Assembly (NCBI RefSeq): GCF_009914755.1
Contig: NC_060925.1
Source: the human T2T-CHM13v2.0 reference genome, Homo sapiens
Strand: one strand, 5' to 3'
DNA: 64,000 nt
A program made the position numbers and the translations under genes. This document shows positions 63,262-64,000 of this stretch, piece after piece. The notes beneath the pieces were generated by a model. The model worked only from the letters and a program-made list of their open reading frames with translations. It was not told where the DNA came from and did not search any database. Within the stretch, counting starts at the first letter, position 1, and each line of letters opens with the position of its first letter.

Positions 63262-64000
63262 TTTAAAACAATTTCAGATTTACTGAAAAATTGTGATGGT
63301 ATTATGGAAGGTACCCACATATCCAACACCCATATCCCCTAATATTAGCATTTCATATTGGTATACTGTATTTGTCACAATTAATGAATTAATATTGCTT
63401 CATCGTTATTAATTAAAGTCCATACTTTATATTCAGATTTCCTTGGTTTTTACCTGAAGGTTTTTTATTCTTCTAGCAACCATCCAAGATATAACATTGC
63501 ATTTAATGGTCATGCCTCTTCAGGCTCCTCTTAGCTAAGACAGTTCTCAGACTTTTGTATTTAACACCCTTGACAGAGACTTTTAAGGTGTACAAATCAG
63601 GAATTTTGTAGAATGCCCTTCAATTTGGATCCTCTTGATATTTTCTCATGATTAAACTGGAGTTATATTATTGAGAGGGAAACCACAGAGATAGCTAGAA
63701 ATTTCTATCTTACGACATAAAGGCCATATGTTATCAACATAATACGATATATCACAGTTAATGTTGACCTTAATCACCTAACTGAGGTAGTGCTTGCCCC
63801 GTGGTTTCTTCACTAAGCTTACACCCTGTCCCACTGTATTCTTCAATGAGTGAGAAGTTATGATTCACCTTTTTGAGATTCATAATATCTACATAAATAT
63901 TTGGTATTCTCCACAAGATATTATCTCTTATCTCTTAGTTGTTTACATAATCCTTTCTTTATGTTAGTATGAACTTATGGATATTTATTTTATACTTTGA
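63262..64000 (-). mobile_element. L1MC-type 3' region
   Basis: ttcagatttactgaaaaattg; tttgtcacaattaatgaa; aaagtccatactttatattcagatttcc. Confidence 0.7.

Overview
This is AT-rich, repeat-dense primate genomic DNA. The full-length L1PA2-type LINE points to human or another great ape. I see no host protein-coding exon, RNA gene, CpG-island promoter or prokaryotic-type system; every long ORF is a retroelement remnant. The window is a layered set of L1, Alu, MaLR/ERVL/ERV1/ERVK LTR and Tigger/Charlie insertions. Family names are from recalled consensus sequences, not a database search. The main signals are structural: (1) a 383-bp tail-less inverted copy of L1 ORF2 sits 4.1 kb from the matching segment of a full-length L1, shares two non-consensus bases with it, and appears to replace host sequence; (2) a THE1 5' LTR is fused to a HERV-L 3' half, with near-matching 5-bp outer flanks, possibly one chimeric integrant; (3) about 170 bp of nearby unique DNA was copied into an MSTA provirus at a microhomology; (4) one MER44 is split over 11 kb by nested insertions whose order can be partly read from target-site duplications (TSDs). 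I cannot support a new biological system here, only unusual repair and retrotransposition events.
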